Origin: Epiperipatus broadwayi
Lineage: Eukaryota > Animalia > Onychophora
Reading direction: 5' to 3'
Assembly: GCA_028023455.1 (NCBI GenBank)
Contig: JAQFVV010000005.1
Span: 15,686,001 to 15,750,000 of the forward strand
DNA: 64,000 nt
Below are positions 1 through 12,600 of this stretch, piece after piece. Numbering within the stretch: the first letter of the stretch is position 1; every line of letters starts with the position of its first letter. The position numbers were made by a program, and so were the translations under genes. Below the pieces are notes generated by a model. The model ran no database searches. It worked only from the letters and a program-made list of their open reading frames with translations, and had not been told where the DNA came from.

Positions 1-2216
1 CACTGAAGAAATGCTTATAGAATCAAATGCCTTTTCATAATCTACAAATCCAAAGCATAATGGCAACTCATATTCATTGGTTCTTTCTATAACTTCTCTC
101 AATACTTGGATTGTACTAAAACCATTTTTAAATCCAGCTTGTTCTTTTGGTTGGTTGAAATCCAATGTTCTCTGTAGATGAGTTGTAATTATCTTGGTAA
201 AAAATTTGTATAAAACTGATAAAAGACTGATAGGTCTGTAATTTCTAATATCTTCTTTATCACCTTTTTTATATATTAATACTGCATTTTTCCAATCATC
301 TGGTACATCTTTATCATTTAGACATTTGGTATATAACTTTGCCAAAAATTTTTCTATTTCTTCACCTGCTTCTTTTAATATATCGATTATAATTCCATCA
401 TTACCTGGAGCTTTTCCCTTCTTCATAAATTTAATTGCATGTCTCTCACTTCTTCATTTAAAATCCTGGGCAATTCAGAAGATATAATAGAGAGGTACTT
501 GTTCTTTATTACTATATAATTCTTGATAGAACTCTTCTACTCCATTTCATGATGTCATCTCTCTTTTTAGTAATAGTTCCATCTTTTTTTCTTATTGCAG
601 ATATAAATTTCCTACCAATACCAAAATGTTGTTTTACACTCTTTAGACTTTTATTCTCTTCTACAGCTTTCCTTGCTAGTTCACAATTATACTTTCTTAT
701 ATCATTTTCAACTCTTTTTCACACCATTTTACAAAATTCGAGATATTCAATCCTTTTTAATGCATCATTTTTATATATCTTCATATTCCTTCTTTTCTTC
801 ATAAATTCTCTAGTCTCAGTAGAAATTTTATTGGTCATTTGCTGCTTTTTTCTACCAGCTATCTTTGTTGCAGTTTTTAAAAGTGTATCAGTTATTTTCC
901 TATTAATTTCATTCAAATCTGAATCATGTTCAAAATCTACTAATACTTGAAACCGATTTGTAAGTTCTAATTTAAATTCATTAGAATGTTTCTGAAGATT
1001 AGGAATATCAACTGTAAATATTGTTTTTCTTAATAATTTTTGTCTCTCTAGTTTTGCATTAACACTTATCTTACATCTTACTAATCGATGATCACTTCCT
1101 GTGTTAAATTTATTAAGAACATTACAATCTTGAAATATGTATTTTCTGTTAGTCAAAATATAATCCAATTCTGCTGTACCTTCATTTGGATGCTTCCATG
1201 TCCATTTCCTTTTAACATTTTTCTCAAAAAAAGAATTCATAATATAAAGTTTTTCTTTTTCTGCAAACTCCACAAGTCTATGTCCTCTCTCATTTCTATT
1301 ACCATAACCAAAATTACCTACAGCACTCTCATCTTTCATTTGTTTACCAGTTTTAGCATTAAAATCTTCCATAACAATTTTTAAAATGTTATTTACTCTG
1401 ATCAAAAGCCTTTTGTACATCCATATAAAAAATCTACTATTTCATCACTATGAGAACTTGTTGGGGCATCAACCTGAATTATCTGTATTTGGTATCTGCT
1501 ATTAAGTTAAATAACTAATCTTGTCACTCTGTCCAATACATCATCAATCTCCACAATGTTGTTCTTCCACTTTCTATTTATAATGAATCCTACTCCACTT
1601 GTATTTCCAATATTTGTGCCTTTATAGTAGAGTACATGTCCATTTTTAAATCAATTGTCTCTTCACCTTTTCTTCTAACTTCACAAAGTCCAATAATGTC
1701 CCATTTAATATGAGGCAGTTCTTCCAATTCTTGCAATCTTTCTTCACTTGAAAGTGATCTGCAGTTGTAAGTACCTAAATAAAAAGTCGTCATCAAATGG
1801 CAGCCTGGGTCCACAATCAGGGGATTCATAGCATCCTCTGCCTTTGGCCACCAACCGCTGTTTTGGCTGATGACTTTACAGCCTCCTGTGAATAAGGGTC
1901 ATGATTTATTTTACTCTGTCATGATTGTATATATCTATTAGAACAAAATTTTTCATTCACACACACATTGATTCTTGCCTTATCAGGCAACTGAGAAGAA
2001 AGACTGTGGTGTTTTTTGATCTTAAACTCAGAGGTAAAAATCCAAACTCACCATGTGTCTAATGCGTGTTGGTGAGCAGCCCATCCATATTCATATACTA
2101 GATAAATAATCACATAATAATAACAGCTGTAAGGACATTAGGAATTTGCCCTGCTCAGTTCCTTTAAGGCTTCCAAGAAGAATCAATAAGTCTTCTTTCA
2201 GTTAACAGCAAACTCC
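1..2216 (-). mobile_element. RTE-clade LINE, 5' half (5'UTR, APE endonuclease, start of RT), frameshifted; continues beyond the window start
   Basis: Minus-strand motifs FYLGTYNCRSL..KWDIIGLCEVRRKGE (1590-1829), xDFNAKTGK..ELDYILTN..TGSDHRLV (719-1420), WKNAVLIYKKGDKEDIRNYRPISLL (~230-300) and QAGF..FVDYEKAFDS (~20-140). The 5'UTR aligns with 11270-11680. Confidence 0.92.
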
Positions 2217-3638
2217 ATTCTCAAGCATAGTTGTCTTCTCTAGCAATTTACCATAGAGTGAAAAAAATAATGCCATTGAATACCGGGGGGATCTTGGTAT
2301 GGTAAACCAAAAGATATAATAACCCATCTCCCAAAAAAAACAACAACACAACTACAACAACAATAAATATATATATATATTTGTTATTATCATGAGATAT
2401 TTTGATTGTTGTAGACAATCATCTTTTGTTCCTATATTAATTTACTTTAGAGGCATGATTTATCATGAACTTAAAATGGAAGAATGGCACATGTTGATTG
2501 AATCCTCTGTAGTCAGCTTGAAAGGGATCTTTTTCCATAATGAATTTTTTTTTTTTCTGTATCTATCATGCTGCAAACATGAAGGAGTTATATTAGGAAG
2601 ACTAAGGTGCTTTTAGAAAAAGTGTGTTATAGAAATATAAATGGAATATCTGTTAAGATCTAAAGTCATGGCACTATTGTTTTTATGGAAATGAGACAAC
2701 AGAGAAGGTAAAATCACTACAGCAAAAAGATTGATTAAAATTTACTTCACTAATTTAGGTAAGAAAAATATTATGAACAGTTCACCTGTTGACACTCAGA
2801 AAGTGTACCATTCTTCTTGGCACATCAAACTCAAATTCATGAAAAGCTTTCCAAAAATAACAAATGAAATACAAATTAGATATTATGTATTTAATTAAAC
2901 AGATTTTCCTTATCGATAATGCCAAGATTAAAGGAATACTTTTGTAAGCCCTCTTATCAGATCATTGTTAAAAGATTTAAAATTGAAAAAGTTGAACAGT
3001 ATAGACTTAGAGATGACTGAACCAACTTTTTGGAAAATCCTATGGCTGAAAACTATCTAGAAGATGTGTATGGATAGTCTTATTAAAGCTTCAGTTTTTT
3101 TTTTTTTTTTGATTAGGACTTTTTTTCAAAATGATGAGTGTGGTAAGGATGAATATGATGAGTATTTTCATTAGGACATATGTGAAAAAGTTTTAACAAG
3201 GCCAAGTGGGGTTTCAGTGTACTGCTGGACTCAATAGAGGTATTTCTGAGACAAAGGACAAGCAGAAAAACAAATGAGACTTTGTAAATATATGCATTTT
3301 TAAAAATTAAATTGCACTCCATTCAAAAAAACTTTACCAGATAGAAAAATGTGCCCATATATTTGGATTCAGAATAATCAGACATTTTTATTCTTGGGAC
3401 ATAAAAAAAAATTTCCATCATTACATTTATGTCAATACTTATCACAAACATATTTATGATTAATTAGATTTTCTCTTGTTATTTTAATTTTGAAACTCTG
3501 TTAATATTATTAAAATTTATTCTAAAGATATATAATTCTTTTAGAAACATAACTAATAATAATTATTTTAGAGTTAAATATTTTCCAATATATTTATTAT
3601 GACATTATTCATCAATCTTTTTTTTTCTTTCATTTTAG

Positions 3639-3671
3639 CCTACTATAGATACTCTCCGTCAAGCAGCTAAG
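3639..3671 (+). CDS. APPBP2: APPBP2 33-nt microexon (PTIDTLRQAAK)
   Basis: Polypyrimidine tract + cattttAG acceptor, aag|GTTAGT donor. Aligns to APPBP2 VVVDVLRQASK and joins in phase 0 to the next exon (ACVVKR). Confidence 0.8.
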
Positions 3672-6600
3672 GTTAGTAAATTTATTATTATATTTACTAT
3701 AATATATGTATTGTATAGTAAGAATATTAAATAGTTTATTCCTTATCTTTATTGACAAAACTATTTTATTATTATTTGATTTCTAATTTTTTTTAAAGAA
3801 CTTTAAAAGAAATTGAAAAGCTTTACGTTTAAATATTTATAGTGATTCAGATGCCAGCCTTTATAATCAATTTATTATAATTTTATTTATATGTTCAGTT
3901 CCAGATTAATATTCTATGGCTTATAAGAGTTTAGTACTGAAGAATTTAATATCAACATCCTGAATGTCTCCTCTCCTCTCCGGTTGATAATAGAACTTTA
4001 ACAAAATAAAATATTATATTGATTACTCATGCTTGCATTAATGTCTCTAAAGTACTATGATATATAATTGATTATCAGACTATTGGTAAATTTTTTGATT
4101 ATTTCAAAGGAATGGAAAGCATTTATTGGCGGCATAAAGTCAATTAAATTATTAAGAAAGTTGTCACATTAAAAGTTCCAATAAATGCTTTTTTAAAAAT
4201 CTCATAACATTAAAAAGTCATGTGTTTTTTAAATGATTGAAAAAATGTTTAAAAATGACTACTGATTTAAATATTTACTTTAGCTTTTATAATAAATTAT
4301 TTATGGGGAGTCTTGCCACATATTCTGGATAAATTGATAACTTCAAATACCTTTCCAAAACTTTTTTTGCAACTTTATTGATGATATGTTTCAATTATAT
4401 TTGAATGGAAGAGGGGGTGGGGTGGGGGGTGGAATTAAAATATGTCCAGCATAGCAAAAATAGATGAAGTTTATTTAAATGTACATAAAATGTATTGGGG
4501 AAAAACATGAAAATAAAAGGGTAGTTAAAGCTGACCAATCTATATATTTAAAATATTTTTAAAAATGTACAAGAAAAAAAAAATTAAAATGTCCTTTTCT
4601 GGAAAATCCACTTAGTATTCATCATATTATAAAAAAAATATAACATTTTTTATAACAAAAAATTTATATAGATTTATTTAAAATATAATAATACTCTAAA
4701 TTAACTCTTAGTTCTCTTCAGTAAAGTAGATTTCATATATCATTTCCAAACACTTACTTTGGTTCTATTTTTTATTTTACTCTTTAAATAATCATAAATA
4801 GTCCCCCCTTTTTTTTTTGCTCTGTTTTCATCTGTTAATAATTTCCTTCAACATATTTTTTCTATAAATATTTTATTTATTTATTCATTTTAGAACTGCT
4901 ATATTCCTAACCTTATCTATTTAATTTCTTTCCATTGTCTCCAAACTCTCACTTCTTAGTCTATTTTTTTCATACTCATTTAAATAGTACCTTTTCTAAA
5001 AACCATACTTTATGCAAACATTCACTTTCAGTTATCCACAAAATAATCTCTTTCTTATTAACTGAGCTCCTGTACTTAACATGGTAAAACTTTTACTTTC
5101 TATTTGCAATTGTCTTCTGTATATTTGGATTTTCAAAAAAATAATGTTAGAATGTGTGGAAGGAGCCAAATAAAATATTTAATAGCATATTTTTGCATAT
5201 ATACCTTCAGAAATAATGTATTAAAAAAAAAAAAATAGATATATTTGTGAAAAAAGATAATTCCTTAATTATGTGTTTCCCAGTTTCACATTTCCCAGAA
5301 AAATCAAATTATATAAAAATATAATTTCTTTATTTATTAAACAATAAATATGGAACATTTTTAAGCAAAAAAAAATTACCTTATTTGCTCTTTTAGTATA
5401 TAATATCTAGTTATGGCATCCTTTGCAAGTTAAGCCAAGATGTGATTTCTGCATCAATTCATTTTTTCTATTATGCAAATGTAATTTTTTTGCCCGTCTA
5501 TAGCTTCCATCTATTGACAAAAACTAAGACTAAAGTATAGTTGTTTATATGAGAAAAACCAGAAGCTTCAGGTAATTGCAGTGAAAATAAATGGATAATG
5601 AGAACACCTTGGATTGCATATAAGAAAAACACAGCACATCAGCCTAGTATTATTATATGGCAAAAAAAAAAAAGGAAGATTAAGAATCCTTTTATTCAAT
5701 TCCCTTTTCATTATATATTTTCCCTTCATTATGTAAATATTTATTTTCAGATATCTTGTTTTTCAAATACTTAAAAATATTACTCTTTAGTAAAGTTTTC
5801 CTCTTATCGTCCACTCTTAAATTTTTTACTCATTTTTTCATTAAAATCTTAAATAGAATTAGTTTTTAAAACTATCCTAAATATAGAATTATTTTTTTAA
5901 ATTTTCAGTTAATAATTTAATAGACATCATCATTATTTTCAACCTTTATCAATCCACTGCAGTGTGAAGATCCTCCAAGTTTAATCTAGTTTCTTTAATC
6001 TATATCTTCTCTTCTCCACATCACATGAACAAACTTCTTTATTTTATCTATCCATATACATATAGTCTCTTTCTAGATCTTTCACAATATCTTGGGATCC
6101 AATCTAATATTTCAACTGTGCATCTATTATTATCCATGTTAACAATATGTTCAGCCCATTTACATTTCAGCTTCTGAATTCTTTGCTTTCAAACCCTTCT
6201 TATTACTCCCAACATACATCTGTCCATACTTTATTATGATTTAGTCTTGTATTGCTCTTTTGTCAAGTGGCCAAGTCTCAAATTCAAAAGTAAGAACTGA
6301 TAAATCATATTTATTAAAAATATTAAGCTATTTGTACCAAAAGTACTCCATACAAAATATTTATAGTTGTTAATTTTTTTAATTCATGATTATCCTTTCT
6401 TTTTTTTTTATGGGAAAAGCCATTTAACATTATTTTAATCTTTTTAGCATTTATTTTTAGTCATACTTTCATATTTTCATCTGCTAACTGTTGCAACATT
6501 TCTTGTAACTCTGAAGTATTATTTTCCCAAATAACCACATCATCTGCAAAATCTAAATTACTTAAATAATTTCTATTTACATTTACTCTCATAATTTCAC

Positions 6601-9600
6601 ATAAAAATTCACAAAACATTTCTTGAAAACTGCTGTAAAAAGTTTTGTATATATGGAATCATCCTGTTGTACACTCTTATGAATAATGGTCTTCTTAGTA
6701 TCACCATGTAATCCAATCTCTGTTGTTACATTTTGATAAATATTTTTTCAGAATATGATAATATTCCAAGTCTATATCTTAACAATATATCTTAATGTTT
6801 CAAAGCTTTAATTATGGTGAAAATCCTTATAGAATCAAAGGTCTTTTCATAATTTATGAATACAAAACATAATAGCAACTCACATTCATTACTTCTTTCT
6901 ATATCTTCTCTCAATACTTAGATATTATTTTTTGTGCTAAAAACACTTTTAAATTTAGCTTGTTCTTTTGGTTAGTTTGAATTGTAATATTGCTGTAGAC
7001 TTTTTTTTTCTCAAAGTAACCTTTATTAATAAAAGATTACAAAAATTTTGGGTACACTTACCCATTGAGGATTACACAGTGATTCAATGTAACAAGGTAA
7101 AATGTATATATGTTCAAAAATAATTACATCCATAAAAATTCCTGTAATGTGATTAATGTGTATCTATACGTGAATCCACATGGCCCGGCCGTCAAGAAGT
7201 TAACCATCACCCAATGGTCCCACCCCTGGGGCCCTGAAGCGAAGACTAAAATGCTTCAGCTGAATAGGTGAAGTCCAGCATTGCACCAACCACCACTACA
7301 GGCAGCGAGGTCCAAGGCCCAAGTTCACCAAGCAATAAACTCTCGAACCACAGCCGAGCCATGTCAAGACCATTTCTGAATACCTCTGCCTCCCAATTAG
7401 CAGTCCAAATGAGCAGGGACCACAATTGGTCTACCTGCCCAAAATTGGAAAGCCAACTTGACACTGCCCAAAATCAGCCTATCAGGGGACACAGCAGCCA
7501 ACCAGAGCAGGAATAGCACCAATTTTGACCATATAGCCCACGGCAGGTGTTCTGGGCAGTGGCAAAATTGTTAACAGCCCACGCCATAAACCAGATACCT
7601 AATGTCTACAACCAGCCACCCCTGAAGAAAAAGAGGGGAGTGCAGACCCATGCCCACAAAACAGAACTTCATCAATGTTACAAAAAAAAAAGGCGGTGGC
7701 TCAAAACAGACCAACCACTTTACAAATGCACTAAATTTAAAGCTAACAAATGAAACCTAATGATAGTGAGTGCAAATCAACACTGACCTATCAAATAATC
7801 CATCAAGGGGTGCAGTAGCCCTTCATGGCGAAGTCCATGTGAAGGTAATGACTTTCACCCTCCTGGCAGGTATTCCCGAGCTAGACAATGATCGTCGACT
7901 ATCCCCTCAAATGAACCAAGCCCCTTATGACCACTATCACCACACTTGAGGAAAAGGAGTGCAAACTCACACCCACCAATACAACATTTAATTCATGTAG
8001 TCTTGAAATCAAGCCGGATTTAGTTGCACACCATGAGAATAAATAATTTGTCCATATCATCTTGCACACTGAGGTCAATGGAGCTGAACATCCGCCCTTG
8101 ATTATCATCAGACTCCTGTGTCTGCAAATGTTCACAGCAGCTGCTAAACCCACCAACCAAAGTCCTTCAGGGTTCACAATGATTTTTATTTGTTGATACT
8201 AGTTGGATCCTGCTTCTTTTGATTGAATTTTAGGTCTTGATTAGTAATGAAGATTCAAGTATAATCTGAAAGTTTGTTGTTAAACTTTGGAAAATTCTGA
8301 ATAATTATTGCTTAAAAAGTATGATTAATTTGTAGCTTCAAAGTTTCTGTTTAGGTCTAAAACATCATTTGTACTAATTTTTGTCTTTAGATCATTATTT
8401 TTTAGCTCAAGAATCACTTCATTGTAGTTCTGTGTTGATTTGAAAAATTTTTATTTATTGATTGGGGGGGGGGGCAATCCACTGGAAGGGGGGTGATAAC
8501 TTCTGTCCTGATCATTGGAGAAACCTGATTTTTGTGCAGGGTGATAGCTTAGGTTATTTTCTATAATGTTCAATTCCAAAATTGAGATCAAATTAATAAT
8601 TGAAACTTGTTTAACACTGCTAAAATCTGATGCAAAGATAAAATTCCTAAAACCATCATTGCTAACATTTTATATTCCATGTTTTCTATGAGATTTGATG
8701 TGCAAATGAATTTCCTGTTTATTCTATTAATAAAATTAGGATTTCTAGTGTCTATTCTTTTTCGAAATATTTGGTTTCATTTAAAATTATTTTTAAAAGG
8801 TTTATAATATTTTAATGATTGCAAGAATTATTAGCTTTTGTCTCTTTCTAATGTCATCCATTTGCATAAAACGGAACGATAGATAATTTCAATTATCATT
8901 GAATGAAAACTGTTTCAAAATTTCTTCTAAAGATGAAAAAACAATAAAACAGATATTCACTTACATTTTGGTAAACTTTTTTTTATGAATCCAACAATGG
9001 ACTATGACTTTGGTGAATAGAACAGGGAGCCTGAAACAGCGAAAACTGGAGTCCCAGGCTCTCTCTAGTGGACTTATATTGCCGTAGACTTGTTTTGATA
9101 AAGATAAAAAAAAAAAAAATTGAAAAATTTGTAGCAAAATTAAATACCTAAATGATAAAGATTTAGCAGATGATTGGAAGAATGCAGTAATAATACTGAT
9201 ATTTAAGAAAAGTAATAAAAAAAGTTAGAAATTACAGACATATGAGCTTTCTATCATTTCTATACCACATCTTTATCAAAAAAAATATTGCTGTAGACTT
9301 GTTTTGATAAAGATATGGTATAGAAATGATAGTTTTTGATAAAGATGTGCTATAGAAATGATAGAAAGCTCATATGTTTGTAATTTCTAACTTTTTTTAT
9401 TACTTTTCTTAAATATCAGTATTATTACTGCATTCTTCCAATCATCTTATAAATCTTTATCATTTAGGTATTTAATTTTGTTACAATTTTTCTATTTTTT
9501 TTCCTGCAATTTTTATTATATCAATAATAATTCCATCATTTCTCAGAACTTTTACCTTATTCAAAGAATGAATTTTTTTGTCTCATCTCTTCATTAAAAT

Positions 9601-12600
9601 GGTTGGCAATTCAGAAGATGTAGGCAATTATAATGCTTAATTTATTTTGTTGCTCTTTGTCAGTATATAGGTTTTTCACTATAAACTCATCAACACTCCT
9701 TTAACACTTTAAGCAAATAATTTTATTTATTTAACAGTTTCGACTGTACTAGCAGTCTTCGTCAGATCTACAACATAAAAAAATTAGACAAATATTATAT
9801 CAATACAACCAAAATTATTATTCTTCATATTCTCATATAAAATTATAATAAAACAAAATAATATAAAGCAAAAACAAATCAGTCCAAAAACTTTCAACCA
9901 AAATTTTCCCATATCTTTTTTTAGGTTTTTGTAGAATTCTTCCACACATTTCATAATAACATCTCTCTTTTTAATTAAAATTAACTTTTTTTTTTTTTTC
10001 TGAAATTATTTTTTTCCAATACAAGATGTTTTAAACTTTTGAAACTTATTCTCTTCTATAGCTTTCCTTGTCAATTCACAGTTATATTTTCTTATATCAT
10101 TATTAACTCGTTTTCATATCATTTTTAATAGAATACTTATAAATTTTTTCATATTCTTTCTTTTCTTCAGTCATTATCTTGTCTCATTTGAAAAATTTAC
10201 TGATGAATTGTTACTTTTTTATGTCAGATATCTTTGTTGTTGTTCTTAATAGAGTATCATTTCTCTTACTGTTCTCAGTTAAGTTTGAACTATCTTCAAA
10301 TTCTATTAATATTTTAAAACAATTAGCAAGTTAAATTTATTATAGGGTTTTTGAAAATGAGAAATATCAATTGTCAATACTGTCTTTATTAATAGATTTT
10401 GTCTTTAGTTTGTAATAATTTTTTTTTTTTTACATTTCAATAATTAATTATCACTTTTTGTGTTGAATCTAATAAGAACATTACAATCTTGAAACAGATA
10501 TTTTCTGCTAGTCAAAATATAATTCATTTCTGTTGTACCTTTATTTTTTTTTTTTTTTACATTTCAATAATTAATTATCACTTTTTGTGTTGAATCTAAT
10601 AAGAACATTACAATCTTGAAACAGATATTTTCTGCTAGTCAAAATATAATTCATTTCTGTTGTACCTTTATTTGGATGGTACCATGTCCATTTCCATTTA
10701 GCCTTTTTGTTCTTTTAAAAAACAATTTATAATATAAAGTTTTTCTATTTTCTGTTAATCTACATGTCTATATTCTTTTATTTCTGTCACTGTACTCAGA
10801 TTTACCCACAACCCTTCATTTTTCAATTGTTTTCCAATTTTATCGTCAAAATCTCCCATAACAATTTTAAAATGTTTAATGTGATCAAAAGCATTTTATA
10901 TATCCATATTAGAATCATCTATCCTGTTGAGCATAAACCTGAATAATATGCATTTGGTATCTTTGATAAAGTTAAATAACTAATCTTACAATTCAGTCTG
11001 GTATACTATAAATCTTCACAATGTTGTTTTTTTCACTTTTTATTTATAATGAATCTCACTCTGCTTGTTCTTTCAATAGTGGCTTTGTAGTAAAGTATAT
11101 ATCCATTTTTCAAATTAGATATCGCTTTATTTTTTCTTCTAACTTCACAAAGTCCAATGATGTCCCATTTAATATTAGATAGTTTTTCTCCAATTTATAT
11201 AGTCTTCATTCATTCAAAAATGATATACAGTTGTAGGTATCATCTTCAAATGATAGCCTGGATCTGCAATCAGGAAATTCTTAGTGTCTCTGCCTTCGAT
11301 TACCAACTGCTGCTTTAACTCACAATTTTACAGATTCCTGGGAATTTAGTTTTTGTAAATATAATTAAATAAAAAAAATATTTACACATTTATCTTGCCT
11401 TAAAGAAAATTCAACTGATGTACCATTTAAGAACTAAAGTCTGTGGTGTTTCTTGGTCTTAAATTCAGAGATAAAAATCCAATAAATTTATCACAATGAC
11501 TAATGCATATTGGTTAGCAGCCCATCCAAATTCATTCACTATATGATAATCACATAGTAATAACAGCTGCATTGATAGCACATATAGAATGGACATTAGA
11601 AATTTGCCCTACTTGATTTTTATAAGGCCTTAAAGATGAATTAAAGGATCCCTTTCAATTAACAACAAACTTTTCTGCAGCTAATTTATCAGAATAGGTA
11701 ATTTTAACCTATAATAAAAATAGAATATATTATTTTAAAAAGCAATAAGTATAGTAGTCTTTTCACTGTGGATAATATTAAACCCTATGTAACATGCTTT
11801 ACATACGTCCACACACCTGTGATTTGATTTAATTACGACATCAAAAAAAAATTAATAAAATAATGGAATAATCCATTTATGAAAAAAACCTGTGCAGTAA
11901 TAAACTGAGAAAGATAAAACAACCGCATGACTCACTGAGTGTGTAGAAAAAAGAAATGGCTTACCGTGAGATGGGAGTGCTTATATAGTAAAACCCGATC
12001 ATGAATATATGGGTTGCTGATTATAAGTTTATGAATTGTGTTTTCAGTAAGAAAAAAAGCAAATATAAATAGAAAAATAAGATTTGTTTTTAGAAAAGTA
12101 TATAATTTTTTTTTTTTTAAATACACATATATTTGTTGAACAAATTTTTATACATTCCATGAAATGTAAAATATTTTATCAGAAAATCTGTTTTGAAATA
12201 CTGTAAAGAGAAATTGTTTTAAAAATAATAAAACATTATAAAGAGATCTGGTAATCAAAAATTTTTTTGCAGTTTGTATCTGATGATTATTATTTATTTA
12301 TTTAGGCATGTGTTGTTAAAAGGCAGTTCAAGCAGGCAGAACTTCTTATTAAACAAGCTGTCTGTCTAGCAAGGTAATATTTCTTTACCCAATTTGTTTT
12401 TCTTAACAGAGTGTTAAACCATATATAATATCAGGCAAATTAATTTATAATAAACAAAATACTGGAATTAACTTCACAATTTCCAATAGTAAGAAAATCA
12501 AGTCATAACTTAATAAGCATGTATTACAAATCTAATATAATGAGGCTGCTAATAGCTCTAATCAGCTTTTCTGATAAATGCTGCAAGAGAAAGCATTTAA

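Larger units (their letters stand above)
5925..11680 (-). mobile_element. Apparently full-length but decayed RTE LINE of the same family, interrupted by nested insertions and rearrangements
   Basis: 3' end CTGCAGTGGATTGATAA..(ATG)n at ~5925-5960; RT FADD motif at 6539-6550; EKTFDS region at ~6830-6860; EN region at 10400-11240; 5'UTR matching copy 1. Roughly 3.2-3.3 kb remains after removing the inserts. Confidence 0.88.

Noticed and set aside
549-1384. Plus-strand ORFs 549..950 and 1088..1384
   Set aside because: Antisense shadows of the RTE ORF.
7246-8177. Short ORFs within the retroposed insert
   Set aside because: No recognisable domain in an open frame; probably decayed retroelement sequence.
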